Below are positions 28,147 to 39,354 of a DNA stretch of 64,000 nucleotides, in pieces. Where the stretch lies: NCBI GenBank assembly GCA_030153785.1, contig JASKLF010000001.1:54353-118352 (forward strand). The letters run 5' to 3'. The stretch is from a bacterium (lineage in GTDB: Bacteria; Synergistota; GBS-1). The notes beneath the pieces are model-generated. The model was not told where the DNA came from and made no database searches. It saw nothing but the letters and a program-made list of their open reading frames with translations. The translations under genes were made by a program, and so were the position numbers. Positions within the stretch are counted from its first letter, which is position 1; each line of letters opens with the position of its first letter.

Positions 28147-29638
28147 CTCTTTTCACCTTTCCTTCTATCTCCTCCAAAGCTTTTATAGCTTCCTCATCGT
28201 TAGGATGAACCTTAAGAACCTTCCTCCACTCTAATTCAGCTTCCCTAAGCATCCCCCTTCTCATGTACCCTCTCGCCAAAAGTCTATGAGCATCAACATG
28301 TTCAGGTTTAAACTTCGGCTCAAATTTCAACGTATAGGACTCCCCCTCAGAAAGTTTCTTTATAGAATCAAGGGCTTCCTCATCTTCAGGATCTATACTC
28401 AAGATATTTCTCCAGCAAGAGATGGCATCATCAAACCTCCCCTGCCTTTGATAAAGTTTTGCAAGCTCCCTTAAAATGTCAAGATTTTGCGGATCCTTAT
28501 GAGATAGTTCCTCTAAAATGGCAACAGCCCTACCAGACTCCCCTATTCTAAGATAACTCATAGAAAGCAAAAGCATTATTTCTTTGTCTTTAAACCCCTT
28601 TTTAAACGCCTCCTCAAAGACAACCTGTGCCTTTCTAAACCTTTCCATAAACATGTAACTCTTGCCCAGAATGTAGTAGAGCATTCTGTCTTCATAACCT
28701 CTTTCCTTTGCCTTCTCAAGAAACTCTATGGCTCTCTCATAATCGCTCTCTCTATAAAAATACTCCCCCAAAAGATAGTACGCATCCCCTTCATCTACAC
28801 CAAGCATCAAAGCCTTATTCGCCTCTTGAAAAACCATTTCCCAAGCATCTTCCTTAGCATAAGCGTGTGCCATACGTAAATGTATGTCTCCCCTTTCCGG
28901 GAGAAGGTCAGAAGCCTTCTTCCAACACATTAAGGCCTTAACCCATAATCCTTTAGAAGCATAGGAGTCTCCCAAAAATAGATAGGCATTTACATCTTGA
29001 GGGTTCAGCTTTATAACCTCTTGCCAAATTTCAATCGCGCGCGAATAGAATCCCTTTTCCATACACAACAAAGCCAAGTTTACTCTCGCACCGTAGTGGT
29101 TAGGGTCCACCCTAACAGCTTCCTCCAGCTTTTCCAAGGCCTCATCTACAAGACCTTGCTTCAAAAAGGCCACACCAAGGTCGTTATAAGCATCCGCATT
29201 ATTGGGGTTAACTTCTATAACCTTCCTATAGCAAGCTATCGCCTCATCAATTCTTCCCATTTCATCATAAACATATCCCATATTCCACCAAGCTTTATCG
29301 AAATTAGGGTCTAACTCCACTACCTTTTTGAACTCCCGCAGGGCTTCTTCTTTTCTTCCAAGCTTAAAAAGTATCTCTCCTAAAAGGTTTCTTGCCTCTA
29401 CATTGTAAGGATCTATAAAAACAGCTTTTTCCGCTTCTCTTTTGGCCTCATCAATGCTCCCTATCCGAAAAAAAGCCAGCCCCAATTTGTATCTATAATC
29501 ACTGCTTTTAGGGTCTATACGAACTAGCATTTTCCCAAAGGACACGGCTTTGCTCCATTCTCCCTTATCAACGGCGTCTTTAAATTCCTTTTCTAAAGCT
29601 TCTTTCTCTTCCAAAAGACTTCCCTCCATGCAAATCAA
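28136..29638 (-). CDS. Tetratricopeptide-repeat protein
   Basis: 500 aa of tandem 34-aa TPR units (repeated AxxxYxxAL..P patterns). Overlaps the cdaA start by 11 nt. Confidence 0.75.
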   Translation of the reverse strand: MICMEGSLLEEKEALEKEFKDAVDKGEWSKAVSFGKMLVRIDPKSSDYRYKLGLAFFRIGSIDEAKREAEKAVFIDPYNVEARNLLGEILFKLGRKEEALREFKKVVELDPNFDKAWWNMGYVYDEMGRIDEAIACYRKVIEVNPNNADAYNDLGVAFLKQGLVDEALEKLEEAVRVDPNHYGARVNLALLCMEKGFYSRAIEIWQEVIKLNPQDVNAYLFLGDSYASKGLWVKALMCWKKASDLLPERGDIHLRMAHAYAKEDAWEMVFQEANKALMLGVDEGDAYYLLGEYFYRESDYERAIEFLEKAKERGYEDRMLYYILGKSYMFMERFRKAQVVFEEAFKKGFKDKEIMLLLSMSYLRIGESGRAVAILEELSHKDPQNLDILRELAKLYQRQGRFDDAISCWRNILSIDPEDEEALDSIKKLSEGESYTLKFEPKFKPEHVDAHRLLARGYMRRGMLREAELEWRKVLKVHPNDEEAIKALEEIEGKVKRDDS

Positions 29639-29654
29639 AACTAACTGCGGAGGC

Positions 29655-29682
29655 TCTAAAGAGCCTCCGCAGTGTATACTCT
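29655..29682 (-). terminator. Hairpin CTGCGGAGGCTCT..AGAGCCTCCGCAG, terminator after the nhaC-family gene
   Basis: 12-13-bp GC-rich stem, followed on the minus strand by ttagttttgattt. Confidence 0.6.
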
Positions 29683-29688
29683 ATCCAA

Positions 29689-31296
29689 TCAACCGTTTAA
29701 AACTTTCTGGGAACTATCGATACCATCTAAACCGATATTATCTACAGGTTTACCTAAAACTCTAACCGCTATAAAAAGAAGGGCAAATAGAATCAATAAA
29801 GATAAGCCCGGATTCAGACCATAACCTGATGGTATATAACCCACAAAAACAGATATTATTGCCACAGTGATACTATAGGGAAGCTGAGTGCTAACATGAT
29901 CCATATGGTCACAAGCAGAAGCCATAGAAGACATTATAGTGGTATCTGAAATCGGAGAGCAGTGGTCTCCAAAAACAGAACCGGTAAGGACAGCACCAAT
30001 GGTTGCTATAAGTGGAGCACCTAAAGCATGAGCCAAAGGAATGGCAAGAGGCATAAGTATCCCCATGGTTCCCCAAGATGTTCCGGTGGCAAACGAAACA
30101 AACATCGCAACTATAAAAATAACTACGGGAACAAAATGCGGCGAAAGATGCCCCTTGGTTAAGGAAATCATATATTCGGCGGTCTTCATATCATCACAAA
30201 CTCCCTTTATAGCCCACGCGAGAGTCAAAATGATAAGAGCTATAAGCAAACTTTTTGCCCCATCTACCCAAGCTTCAAACGCTTGAGATAAGGTAAGTAT
30301 TCGTTGAGATACGGCGAGTATTATTGCTACCGCACTTGTTGTAAATGAAGACCATAACAAAACAATAGAAGCATCTGCATTTCCGACAGCTTCACGAATA
30401 CCTGTGAGAGTAAGTGGCTTTTCTAACCCACCACCGTTATACCAAAGACCAACAAAGGTTACTAATATCATCGTCAAAATGGGAATCCATGCGTTTATGG
30501 CCCTTAGTGGCTTGCCTTCAGGAACCTCAAACTTTGTCAATTCTGGAGAAGCAAGGGGTTTAGCATCGTCCCTTAAAACTTTACCTGTCCTTCTCGCCCT
30601 TAACTCCGCATGGTACATAGGGCCATATTCTCTCTGGAGCAATATCGTCAAAAGCACCATAAATACAGCTCCTAAAGAGTAAAACCTATAAGGGATGGTA
30701 TTTAGAAATACCAAATAAGCATTTTCCTGAAGACCTATTTTCTCAAAGGCTTGCTGAATTAGTCCCAGCTCATAACCTATCCATGTGGAAACAAGTGCCC
30801 AGCTTGCAACCGGAGAAGCGGTAGAATCAACTATGTAAGCGAGTTTCTCTCTTGAAACCCTCATTTTGTCTGTTAAGGGTCTCATGGTGTGTCCTACTAA
30901 AAGAGTATTTGCATAATCATCAAAAAAGACTATAAGCCCCATTAGCCATGAAAAAAACTGAGCTCCCCTTGGCGTCTTAGCCCTTTTAGATAAGTTCTGC
31001 ACAATGGCCAAGGTCCCTCCGCTCCTGCCCATTACTCCTACAGCCCCCGCAAGAGTCATAGAAAATATTATGACCGCCGCGTTCCAGGTTCCCCCATCTT
31101 TTGGAACCAAAGCCCTCAACACATAGTTATCAAAGGTCGAGAGAAAACCGCTCCACGGATTCCAACTTGCAAGGATGGTTGCCCCAACCCATATACCCAT
31201 AAATAGAGAGAAAAGTACCTCCTTCGTTAAAAAACACAGCAGAATAGCCAAAATTGGGGGCAATAAAGACAAAAAACCATAAGGATGAACCTCCAA
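29689..31296 (-). CDS. NhaC-family Na+/H+ antiporter-type membrane transporter
   Basis: 535-aa polytopic protein with NhaC-family organisation. Distal gene of a long operon. Confidence 0.7.
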   Translation of the reverse strand: MEVHPYGFLSLLPPILAILLCFLTKEVLFSLFMGIWVGATILASWNPWSGFLSTFDNYVLRALVPKDGGTWNAAVIIFSMTLAGAVGVMGRSGGTLAIVQNLSKRAKTPRGAQFFSWLMGLIVFFDDYANTLLVGHTMRPLTDKMRVSREKLAYIVDSTASPVASWALVSTWIGYELGLIQQAFEKIGLQENAYLVFLNTIPYRFYSLGAVFMVLLTILLQREYGPMYHAELRARRTGKVLRDDAKPLASPELTKFEVPEGKPLRAINAWIPILTMILVTFVGLWYNGGGLEKPLTLTGIREAVGNADASIVLLWSSFTTSAVAIILAVSQRILTLSQAFEAWVDGAKSLLIALIILTLAWAIKGVCDDMKTAEYMISLTKGHLSPHFVPVVIFIVAMFVSFATGTSWGTMGILMPLAIPLAHALGAPLIATIGAVLTGSVFGDHCSPISDTTIMSSMASACDHMDHVSTQLPYSITVAIISVFVGYIPSGYGLNPGLSLLILFALLFIAVRVLGKPVDNIGLDGIDSSQKVLNG

Positions 31297-31312
31297 AATG
31301 TCCTACCTCCCT

Positions 31313-32380
31313 TCAGCTAATAAAAACTTTTCTCACATAAGGAGAAGTAGAAGCCAAAAGCATGGCAGCATAACTTAACCTGAAGGTAAGAATATCTCCC
31401 ACTTTCAAAGGAGTAAAGCAATCGGTAACATCAAGAATAGTGTGATCGCTTGATCCACCTATTACCTCAATTCCATCAATTTGAGGAATTAGCCCCTCAG
31501 GTACAACATCCTGCCTGCCTAAAGCTACTATAGCTCTCTTTCTCACCCCCTTGTCTTGAAAATCACCACTACCTCCAAATGCATCTAAACCCCTCTCCCC
31601 TATCGGAAGAGAAGGTTTAAGTTTTAATTCTACTATCTCGGCCTTAAGCAAAAATCCGTCCTGTCTTAGATAAGGTATATCTCTCCCACGACTCGTATCC
31701 CTGCCTAAAAGTATTGCTTCACCAATTCTTATCTGATTCACCCCTTCAGGCATCTTCTCCTCTTCAAGAAGCTGCAAAGCAACTGTTCCACCCACAGAAA
31801 CAATAGGAATGTCAGACAGCGTGTATTCCCGAGCTAAAGATGCATAATTTATAAGCATAGACACAGACTCGGGCGTGGGAAGCACACCCCCAAAGCATCC
31901 AAAGTTTGCACCTATACCTAAAAGCTCAACATAGTTAAGGGACCTTATAGAATCCAAATAAGATAGAAGGTTTATAGGCCAAATCCCCTCTCTTAAGTCT
32001 CCCATATCAATCATTAAAATAACTTTAAAAAACTTGCCTAACCTCCTTGCCTCTTCATTTATGGCCTTAACAACGCTTATCTCGCTAACTAAAGCCATAT
32101 CAGCAAGTTCAACAAGCTCCCTTATCTCCGAAAGCATTGGGATTCTCAAAAGCATAAGGGGGCAGGCAACACCTGCCCTTCTGAGCTTCTTTATGTTATC
32201 GAGTCTTGAATCTCCGAGAATCTTGATCCCCGCTTCAAGTAAAACAAAGGCTACCTCAGGAAACGCCGAGCATCCCTTTGTCACTCCAACAACATCTATA
32301 CCTTTTCCTTCGCAAAGGCGAAGCACCTTTGACGCATTTTCTCCTATTATATCAAGGTGAACTTCAAGCAAGGGATACAT
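31313..32380 (-). CDS. Fold-type III PLP (alanine racemase-fold) amino acid racemase, YhfX/ornithine racemase-like
   Basis: 355 aa. Its N-terminus MYPLLEVHLDIIGENASKVLRLCE parallels YhfX/Orr-type racemases. It lacks the long Alr C-terminal domain organisation. Confidence 0.55.
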   Translation of the reverse strand: MYPLLEVHLDIIGENASKVLRLCEGKGIDVVGVTKGCSAFPEVAFVLLEAGIKILGDSRLDNIKKLRRAGVACPLMLLRIPMLSEIRELVELADMALVSEISVVKAINEEARRLGKFFKVILMIDMGDLREGIWPINLLSYLDSIRSLNYVELLGIGANFGCFGGVLPTPESVSMLINYASLAREYTLSDIPIVSVGGTVALQLLEEEKMPEGVNQIRIGEAILLGRDTSRGRDIPYLRQDGFLLKAEIVELKLKPSLPIGERGLDAFGGSGDFQDKGVRKRAIVALGRQDVVPEGLIPQIDGIEVIGGSSDHTILDVTDCFTPLKVGDILTFRLSYAAMLLASTSPYVRKVFIS

Positions 32381-32390
32381 CCCTTCAGAC

Positions 32391-33329
32391 CTAAATCACT
32401 ACCAAAGCTAAAATAGCCTTATGAGCATGTAACCTGTTTTCTGCCTCATCAAAAACCACAGAACGAGGGCCATCCATTACATCATCGGTAATTTCTTCTC
32501 CCCTGTGCGCAGGAAGACAATGCATAACTATTGCATCTTCCTTAGCCATGGAAACTAAAGCTGTGTCTACTCTATAGGGCTGGAAGATTTTCATCCTCGC
32601 TTCTTTCTCGGACTCCTGGCCCATACTCACCCACACATCGGTGTAGATAATATCGGCGCCTTTAACACCCTCCTTAGGATCAGTAATAATCTCAACCTTC
32701 GAACCGCTCCTTTTGGCAAACTCTCTTGCTTTTTCCAAAACATCCTTATCGGGATGATACCCTTGAGGAGAACATATGGTGATATCCATGCCCATTATGG
32801 TAGCGCCATAAAGGAGGGAGTGAGCCATATTATTTGCTCCATCACCTACATAAACCAGCTTAAGCCCTTCAAACTTCCCCTTTTTCTCCCATACGGTTAG
32901 AAGGTCACCCAAAACCTGAGTAGGATGATATTTATCAGAAAGGCCGTTTATTACCGGAACGCTGGAATACTTTGCAAGCTCCTCAACAGTGGAGTGGGAA
33001 TAGACCCTCGCCATTATACAATCTACATACCTTGACAAAACCCTTGCTGTATCAGCTATGGTCTCTCCTCTTCCAAGCTGAAGATCACTTTTGCTCAAAT
33101 AAAGAGCATAACCTCCAAGCTGATACATAGCAACCTCAAAAGAAACTCTTGTTCTTGTAGAAGGTTTCTCGAAAATCATTGCAAGACTTTTCCCCGAAAG
33201 AATGGGAGGGAACTCCCCTCTTTTTGCCTTCAGCTTCAAGTCCTTTGCCGTTTCCAAAAAGGTCTCTATTTCCTCTCTCGTAAAATCCGCGAGAGTCAAA
33301 AAATGCCTTCCCTTTAAATTACAAACCAT
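32391..33329 (-). CDS. argF: Ornithine carbamoyltransferase
   Basis: STRTR carbamoyl-phosphate motif, HCLP, and DxxxSMG-like segments. The true start is [13 protein letters not shown] with an AAGGAGGT RBS. The track's upstream ATG at 33347 lies inside that RBS. Anabolic versus catabolic role is undetermined. Confidence 0.9.
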   Translation of the reverse strand: MVCNLKGRHFLTLADFTREEIETFLETAKDLKLKAKRGEFPPILSGKSLAMIFEKPSTRTRVSFEVAMYQLGGYALYLSKSDLQLGRGETIADTARVLSRYVDCIMARVYSHSTVEELAKYSSVPVINGLSDKYHPTQVLGDLLTVWEKKGKFEGLKLVYVGDGANNMAHSLLYGATIMGMDITICSPQGYHPDKDVLEKAREFAKRSGSKVEIITDPKEGVKGADIIYTDVWVSMGQESEKEARMKIFQPYRVDTALVSMAKEDAIVMHCLPAHRGEEITDDVMDGPRSVVFDEAENRLHAHKAILALVVI

Positions 33330-33343
33330 TGAAGAAACCTCCT

Positions 33344-34549
33344 TCACGCCCCATATTTCTTAAGCCTCAGGGCATTAGCCAAAACCAGGGGCATCAGATC
33401 AACCGCTCTCATTATCCCTAAACTTCCTTTAAGACATTCACTTTCTCCAAATGATGAAACTTTACTGGGGAGAACATATAAAGACCATAGTAAAATGGGA
33501 ACCGGGTGCCAACTATGAGCCTTAAGTACAGAAGGCGTTGAGTGATCCCCCGTGATAACCAAAACATCCGGCTTAGCCTCAAGCAATACAGGAAGAGCTT
33601 TGTCTACCTTCTCGATCATCTCCACCTTTTTATCGAAAGCCCCATCCTCTCCATAGGAATCTGTCTTCTTAATATGGATATAGAAGAAATCATACCTATC
33701 CCTGTTCTCCTTAACCACATTAAAAGCATCTTCGGGTTCAGGCCCTGCTTCTAAGGGCTCCATTCCAAGAAGCTGGGCCAAGCCCCTATACATAGGGTAG
33801 TAGGCAACTGATGCACACCTAAGACCGTAAAGCTCTTCCATACTAGGAATATCTGGTGGTAAAGAAAATCCCCTTAAAAGAACGGTATTTGCTGGATGGT
33901 CATCTTTCAATATTTCGGTTGCCCTCTCTATGAACTTGTTAACCACTTCCTCCGCCCTTTTGGCATTGGGAGAAAGGGCTTTCGCCTTCTCAGGAGGAAG
34001 TCCATTCTTCTGAGGATCTGCATCTGTAAGATCGTCAGAAAGCCCTTCTCCTCTAAAAACAACTACAAACCTATGTTCCATTCCCGGGTAGAGGAAAACC
34101 TGAACACCATCTATTTCTTTAATTTCTTGAGCAAGTTTGGCTGTAAGCCTCCGATTAACCTCCGTAGGTATTCTCCCTGCCCTTCTATCCGTGATAACCC
34201 CATTCTCGAACGTGGCATAATTACCCCTACAAGTTAAATCTCCCTTCCTGACATCCGCTCCAACACCAAGAGCCTCTAATATTCCCCTGCCAATATCATA
34301 CTTAAGAGGATCATAGCCAAACAAAGACAAATGCCCTGCACCGCTTCCTGGAGTTAAACCCGGCAATACAGGGTGAAGAAGCCCACACGCCCCTTCATAT
34401 GCAAGCCTATCCATATTTGGAGTGGACGCAGTCTCAAGCTCCGTCTTACCGTTTACCGGCAATCCTCCAAGCCCGTCAATAACCAGAAAGAAAATCTTCG
34501 TCGGAGCCTCTCTTATAACAAGCTCCTTTAACAAGGCTTCCCTATCCAT
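33344..34549 (-). CDS. apgM: Cofactor-independent phosphoglycerate mutase, archaeal-type (ApgM family)
   Basis: 401 aa with the VIDGLGG metal-site motif and ApgM family size. Confidence 0.8.
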   Translation of the reverse strand: MDREALLKELVIREAPTKIFFLVIDGLGGLPVNGKTELETASTPNMDRLAYEGACGLLHPVLPGLTPGSGAGHLSLFGYDPLKYDIGRGILEALGVGADVRKGDLTCRGNYATFENGVITDRRAGRIPTEVNRRLTAKLAQEIKEIDGVQVFLYPGMEHRFVVVFRGEGLSDDLTDADPQKNGLPPEKAKALSPNAKRAEEVVNKFIERATEILKDDHPANTVLLRGFSLPPDIPSMEELYGLRCASVAYYPMYRGLAQLLGMEPLEAGPEPEDAFNVVKENRDRYDFFYIHIKKTDSYGEDGAFDKKVEMIEKVDKALPVLLEAKPDVLVITGDHSTPSVLKAHSWHPVPILLWSLYVLPSKVSSFGESECLKGSLGIMRAVDLMPLVLANALRLKKYGA

Positions 34550-34575
34550 AAATAGCCCCCCTCAAAAAAACATGA

Positions 34576-36666
34576 TTATTTTTTCTCCTCTTCCTGTTCC
34601 CTTTGAGCCTCCTCAATTATCCTTTTAGCTATGTCAGGAGGAACCTCCTCATAATGAGAAAGATTCATTCTAAAGCTACCTCTACCGGAAGTAATGGAAC
34701 GAAGGGTGATTGCATACCTTGCCATCTCAGCCATGGGAACCAAAGCCTTCACAGTTTGAAGCCTACCTTTAGCTTCTATACCTAAGATTCTTCCGCGCCT
34801 ACTATTCAAGTCTCCCATAACATCACCAAGATATTCTTCAGGAACGGTAACTTCCACTTCCATTATGGGTTCAAGCAACACAGGATTGGCCTCTGCAATA
34901 CCCTTCTTGAAGGATAAAGATGCCGCTATCTTAAAGGCCATTTCAGAAGAATCTACCTCGTGATACTTCCCGTCATAGAGAATCGCTTTAAAATCTACAG
35001 TAGGATAGCCAGCTAAAATACCCTTTTGCATGGCCTCTCTCAAGCCTTTCTCAACAGCGGGTATGTACTGCTTAGGAACAACTCCTCCTACTATCCTATC
35101 TTCGAATTGAAAACCGCTTCCCCTTGGCAACGGTTCATACTCAATCCAAACCCATCCATACTGACCGCGACCGCCACTCTGCTTCACATACTTTCCTTCT
35201 GCCTTAGAGCGCCCCTTTATCGTCTCCCTATATGGTATCTTAGGCATTCTAACATTTAACTCAACATTATACCTGGACTTCATCTTCTCTATGGCGACAT
35301 CGAGATGAATATCCCCCATACCTGCTATAATGGTGTCACCTGTCTCGGTATTCTTATAAGCCTTGAATGTGGGATCAGCTTCCATAAGTCTTTGAAGCGC
35401 ATTGCTCAAACGGTCCTCATCCCCTTTACTCTTCGGCTCTATCGCAAGGAAATAGACAGGTTCTGGGAATGTAACACTTGGAAAAACTATAGGCGCGTCC
35501 TTAGAGCAAAGAGTGTCTCCAAAACCGCTCACCTTAGGTTTGGCTATAACCACGATATCTCCAGCTACGGCCTTCTCGGCCTTGACAAGCGATTTACCCA
35601 TGGGATAGGATAGGTTACTTAACCTCTCTTCATCCTTTTTACTTGAGTTAAGAACTGTAGCATCTGCTTCAACCTCTCCAGACCAAACCCTTAAGTAAAC
35701 AAGTTTACCCACATAGGGGTCCAAAGCAACCTTAAAGGCCCAAGCAGAAAATGGTTCGCCAACATCAGGTTTTCTCTCAAGCTCCTCTCCAGTTTCTGGA
35801 TGCGTCCCTTTTACGGGAGGTCTCTCAACAGGAGAGGGAAGAAGGTCAACTATATAATCCATAAGCTGTCTTATTCCTATATTTTCCACGGAGGAACCAC
35901 ACAAAACCGGAACCAGTTCTCCACTAAGCACCGCCTTTCTCATAGTGCTGATTATTTCATCTGATGAAATTTCTCCTCCCTCAAGGTACCTTTCCATCAG
36001 AGCCTCATCTGTCTCTACGATTTTTTCTATTAAAGCTTCCTTCATTTCAGCTACTTTATCCTTCATATCAGCGGGAATCTCTTCTTCCTTAAATTTTCCA
36101 CTTTTATCCTTTTCATAAATATAGGCCTTTCCCCTAAGAAGATCTACAACCCCCCTGAAATTCTGCTCCGCTCCCACTGGAAGAAGCAGAGGTATTGCGT
36201 CCTTAGATAGGTAGGATTTAACCATCTCATAAACCCTATAAAAGTCCGCTCTCTCCCTATCAAGCTTATTTATAAACACCATCTTGGGAAGATTAAGTTC
36301 GGTAGCATATTCCCAAGTTTTCTCGGTATTAACCTCAACGCCGGAAACAGCACAAACCACACTTATTACACTATCGCAAACCCTTATGGAAGCAAGCACC
36401 TCTCCTATGAAATCTGCATAACCCGGCATATCTACTACATTTATCCTTGTGCCCCTATAATCAACAAAAGCCACAGCCGAGCTGATAGAAATTTTTCTCT
36501 TGATCTCATCTGGATCAAAATCCATAACGGTATTTCCATCATCGACCCTTCCCAACCGTGTAATGGAGCCTCCATTAAAAAGAATTGCCTCAGCTAACGA
36601 AGTCTTACCGGCACCACCATGAGCTATCAATCCCACATTTCTAATCTCAGAAGAACTATACCCCAT
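34576..36666 (-). CDS. fusA: Elongation factor G paralog (EF-G2-like translational GTPase)
   Basis: 696 aa with G1 AHGGAGKTS, DxxG, NKLD and all EF-G domains. It is divergent from canonical FusA. Confidence 0.85.
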   Translation of the reverse strand: MGYSSSEIRNVGLIAHGGAGKTSLAEAILFNGGSITRLGRVDDGNTVMDFDPDEIKRKISISSAVAFVDYRGTRINVVDMPGYADFIGEVLASIRVCDSVISVVCAVSGVEVNTEKTWEYATELNLPKMVFINKLDRERADFYRVYEMVKSYLSKDAIPLLLPVGAEQNFRGVVDLLRGKAYIYEKDKSGKFKEEEIPADMKDKVAEMKEALIEKIVETDEALMERYLEGGEISSDEIISTMRKAVLSGELVPVLCGSSVENIGIRQLMDYIVDLLPSPVERPPVKGTHPETGEELERKPDVGEPFSAWAFKVALDPYVGKLVYLRVWSGEVEADATVLNSSKKDEERLSNLSYPMGKSLVKAEKAVAGDIVVIAKPKVSGFGDTLCSKDAPIVFPSVTFPEPVYFLAIEPKSKGDEDRLSNALQRLMEADPTFKAYKNTETGDTIIAGMGDIHLDVAIEKMKSRYNVELNVRMPKIPYRETIKGRSKAEGKYVKQSGGRGQYGWVWIEYEPLPRGSGFQFEDRIVGGVVPKQYIPAVEKGLREAMQKGILAGYPTVDFKAILYDGKYHEVDSSEMAFKIAASLSFKKGIAEANPVLLEPIMEVEVTVPEEYLGDVMGDLNSRRGRILGIEAKGRLQTVKALVPMAEMARYAITLRSITSGRGSFRMNLSHYEEVPPDIAKRIIEEAQREQEEEKK

Positions 36667-36670
36667 ATCC

Positions 36671-37891
36671 CTAACCTCCTCCTTTACGGAATATCCCGAT
36701 AGCCTCTATATGAGACGTTTGAGGAAACATATCAACCCATTTCAAGGCTACGAGCTCATAACCAATCTCACGCAAAAAACAAACATCCCTCGCCAATACG
36801 GGAGGGTAACAGGACACATATATTATCTTTTCTACGTTACTATTTTTTATGGCACCAATAACTTTCTTATCCATTCCCTCTCTCGGAGGATCTGCAACGA
36901 TGGCTTCAGCCTCAAATTCTGCTAATAGTGAAGGAAAAATCCTCTCCACATCACCCCTTATAACCTCAACCTTCCCCAAAAGACCATATTTACGAAGGTT
37001 TTCTTCCGCATCCTTAACCGCACAATCACTCGCCTCTATAAGCTTCACTTCCTTACCATCTAAAGCAAGGAGCATAGCTAATATTCCCACTCCACCATAA
37101 AGATACCACACCTTTTCGAAATCATTAAGCTCTTCCCTTATAAAAAAGTAAAGATCTTCCGCAACCATGGGATTCACCTGCGAGAAAGAATTGTAAGAGA
37201 ACCTTACTTCCAAATCACACCATCTTTCCAAAGTATATGGTCTCCCCCTTAAAAGTTTTTCGTTTTCGATCACCGAAAAAGGAAGTTCCCTCAGCCTTCT
37301 TCTAACACCTTTCCTCACTTTCCCTTTAATATGCGCAAGGACGTCATCACGCCCATAGGCACATCTCATTGATATCTCTGTTCCCCTTTCAAAGGCCCTA
37401 AGCTCCTCTAAATCCCTTTTCGCCTCATTTAGAGAGGGAACCAGAACAGGGCATGATCCTATCCATACCACCTCGTTGGTCCTCCCTCTGTAGAAACCAA
37501 GTCTACCCCTATGGTCGGAGTGAAAACGCGCCCTGTATCTATAGGCCCAAGGTTGACTTTTAGCAATTAGCTCTGGTTTAACTTCTACACCTCCTATCCT
37601 CCTAAAAGTATCTTCCAAAATTTGACCTTTCATATCTAACTGCCCTTCGTAAGAGATATATTGCCAATCACACCCACCACAAACTCCAAAGTGGGGACAA
37701 CGCGTGGGGATTCGCAAAGGAGACGGTTCTACTATATCACGAACATAGGCAAAAGAGTAATCCTTTTTCTTTTTATCTATTTCGGTCTCTACCACCTCAC
37801 CCGCAATGGCACCCTTAACAAATACATAACCATTTTCCGTTCGAGCCAATCCATGACCTCCGTACACCATTTTCTCCACAAAAACTCTCAT
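36671..37891 (-). CDS. rlmD: 23S rRNA (uracil-C5)-methyltransferase, RlmD/RumA family, with TRAM and Fe-S Cys cluster
   Basis: TRAM-like N-terminus, a Cys cluster (CPHFGVCGGC), and an ADPPREG SAM-MTase motif. Confidence 0.85.
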   Translation of the reverse strand: MRVFVEKMVYGGHGLARTENGYVFVKGAIAGEVVETEIDKKKKDYSFAYVRDIVEPSPLRIPTRCPHFGVCGGCDWQYISYEGQLDMKGQILEDTFRRIGGVEVKPELIAKSQPWAYRYRARFHSDHRGRLGFYRGRTNEVVWIGSCPVLVPSLNEAKRDLEELRAFERGTEISMRCAYGRDDVLAHIKGKVRKGVRRRLRELPFSVIENEKLLRGRPYTLERWCDLEVRFSYNSFSQVNPMVAEDLYFFIREELNDFEKVWYLYGGVGILAMLLALDGKEVKLIEASDCAVKDAEENLRKYGLLGKVEVIRGDVERIFPSLLAEFEAEAIVADPPREGMDKKVIGAIKNSNVEKIIYVSCYPPVLARDVCFLREIGYELVALKWVDMFPQTSHIEAIGIFRKGGG

Positions 37892-39354
37892 GAAAGGGAT
37901 TTAAGCTCCTCCTCTAACACTTTTCTTACCACCGATGGATTGGCTTTACCTTTTGTAGCCCTCATAACCTGCCCCAGCAGGAAATTGAAAGCCTTCTCCT
38001 TACCGCTTAGGTAAGACTGAACTGCATCCTGATTTTCCGACAAAACTGATTTTACTATGTCTCTTATCGCCGTTTCATCACTAACCTGCTCCAACCCCTT
38101 AGCTTTGACTATATCAAGAGGTTCTCTTCTGGTTTTCACCGCTTCTTCGAAGACGCTTTTCGCTACCTGATTGTTTACTACTCCCTTTTCTAAAAGCTCT
38201 ATCACTTCTTTAAGATAAGGTATCACAAAGTAGCTCTCCTCTATTCTTAACTTGCACTCGTCGGCAATCCTAAGAAATTCAACCTGTAACCAGTTAGAGA
38301 CCTCTTTGGGCTTCCCTATCTCCCTAACGCATGCATCAAAAAGATCCCCCAAGGCTTTAGAAGAGCTCAAGACCGAGACCTCATAATCCCCCAAACCATA
38401 GTCTCTTTTCCATCTCTCTCTTCGATCCTTTGGAAGCTCCGGCATTGTCCTTCTTATCTCCTCAACGAGTTCCCTATCTATGATTAAGGGGAGCAGGTCC
38501 GGTTCGGGAAAATAACGGTAATCATGAGCCTCCTCTTTCCCCCTTAAGGAAGTGGTTATCCCCTTGGAGTCATCCCAATGCCTCGTTTCCTGAACTACCT
38601 CTCCGCCCGAAAGAATAATCTCTGTCTGTCTTTTGATCTCATAAGCTAAAGCTCTCTCTATTGCTCTAAAAGAATTCATGTTCTTTATCTCCGTCTTCAC
38701 CCCTCGCTTACCATTCACGGAGATAGATATATTGGCGTCACATCTCAGGGATCCTTCCTCCATGTTACCATCGGAAACGCCTATATGTTGAACCAGGCTT
38801 CTAAGCTCCATAACAAAGGTTTTAGCCTCCTCTGGAGAAGAAAGGTCAGGCTCGGTCACTATTTCTATAAGGGGAACCCCACATCTATTAAAGTCAACCA
38901 AAGAATATTCGGCTCCCTCTATTCTTCCCGTCTTTGTTGGATGAACCAGCTTTCCAGCATCCTCTTCCATATGGACTCTCCTTATACCTATTCTCTTACC
39001 ATTAAGCTCAAGGTAACCATTGATTCCTAATGGAATATCATACTGAGATATCTGATAAGCTTTCGGCAAATCCGGATAAAAGTAATTCTTTCTGTGAAAT
39101 CTTGTTTTACTCAGAATCTCACAGTTTAAGGCCAAGGCAGTTCTTAAGGCAAGCTTCAACGCCTCCTTGTTAAGCACTGGAAGGGAACCAGGCAACCCCA
39201 AGCAAACAGGACAAACTATACTATTTGGCTCCCTTCCCACATAGTCGGTAGGACAAGAACAAAAAAGCTTGGTTTTGGTTAGAAGCTGGCAATGTATCTC
39301 AAGGCCAATAACAGGCTTAAGCTCCAAAAGACTCACCTCCCAAAAGGCCTGCAA
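37888..39354 (-). CDS. gatB: Asp/Glu-tRNA amidotransferase subunit B
   Basis: 488 aa with a GatB N-terminus ([10 protein letters not shown]...KLFCSC). Confidence 0.95.
   Translation of the reverse strand: MQAFWEVSLLELKPVIGLEIHCQLLTKTKLFCSCPTDYVGREPNSIVCPVCLGLPGSLPVLNKEALKLALRTALALNCEILSKTRFHRKNYFYPDLPKAYQISQYDIPLGINGYLELNGKRIGIRRVHMEEDAGKLVHPTKTGRIEGAEYSLVDFNRCGVPLIEIVTEPDLSSPEEAKTFVMELRSLVQHIGVSDGNMEEGSLRCDANISISVNGKRGVKTEIKNMNSFRAIERALAYEIKRQTEIILSGGEVVQETRHWDDSKGITTSLRGKEEAHDYRYFPEPDLLPLIIDRELVEEIRRTMPELPKDRRERWKRDYGLGDYEVSVLSSSKALGDLFDACVREIGKPKEVSNWLQVEFLRIADECKLRIEESYFVIPYLKEVIELLEKGVVNNQVAKSVFEEAVKTRREPLDIVKAKGLEQVSDETAIRDIVKSVLSENQDAVQSYLSGKEKAFNFLLGQVMRATKGKANPSVVRKVLEEELKSLS

Noticed and set aside
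33330-33347. Longer N-terminus (MKEVSSM...) for ornithine carbamoyltransferase
   Set aside because: The upstream ATG lies within the AAGGAGGT Shine-Dalgarno for the downstream ATG. The shorter start reproduces the canonical OTC N-terminus.
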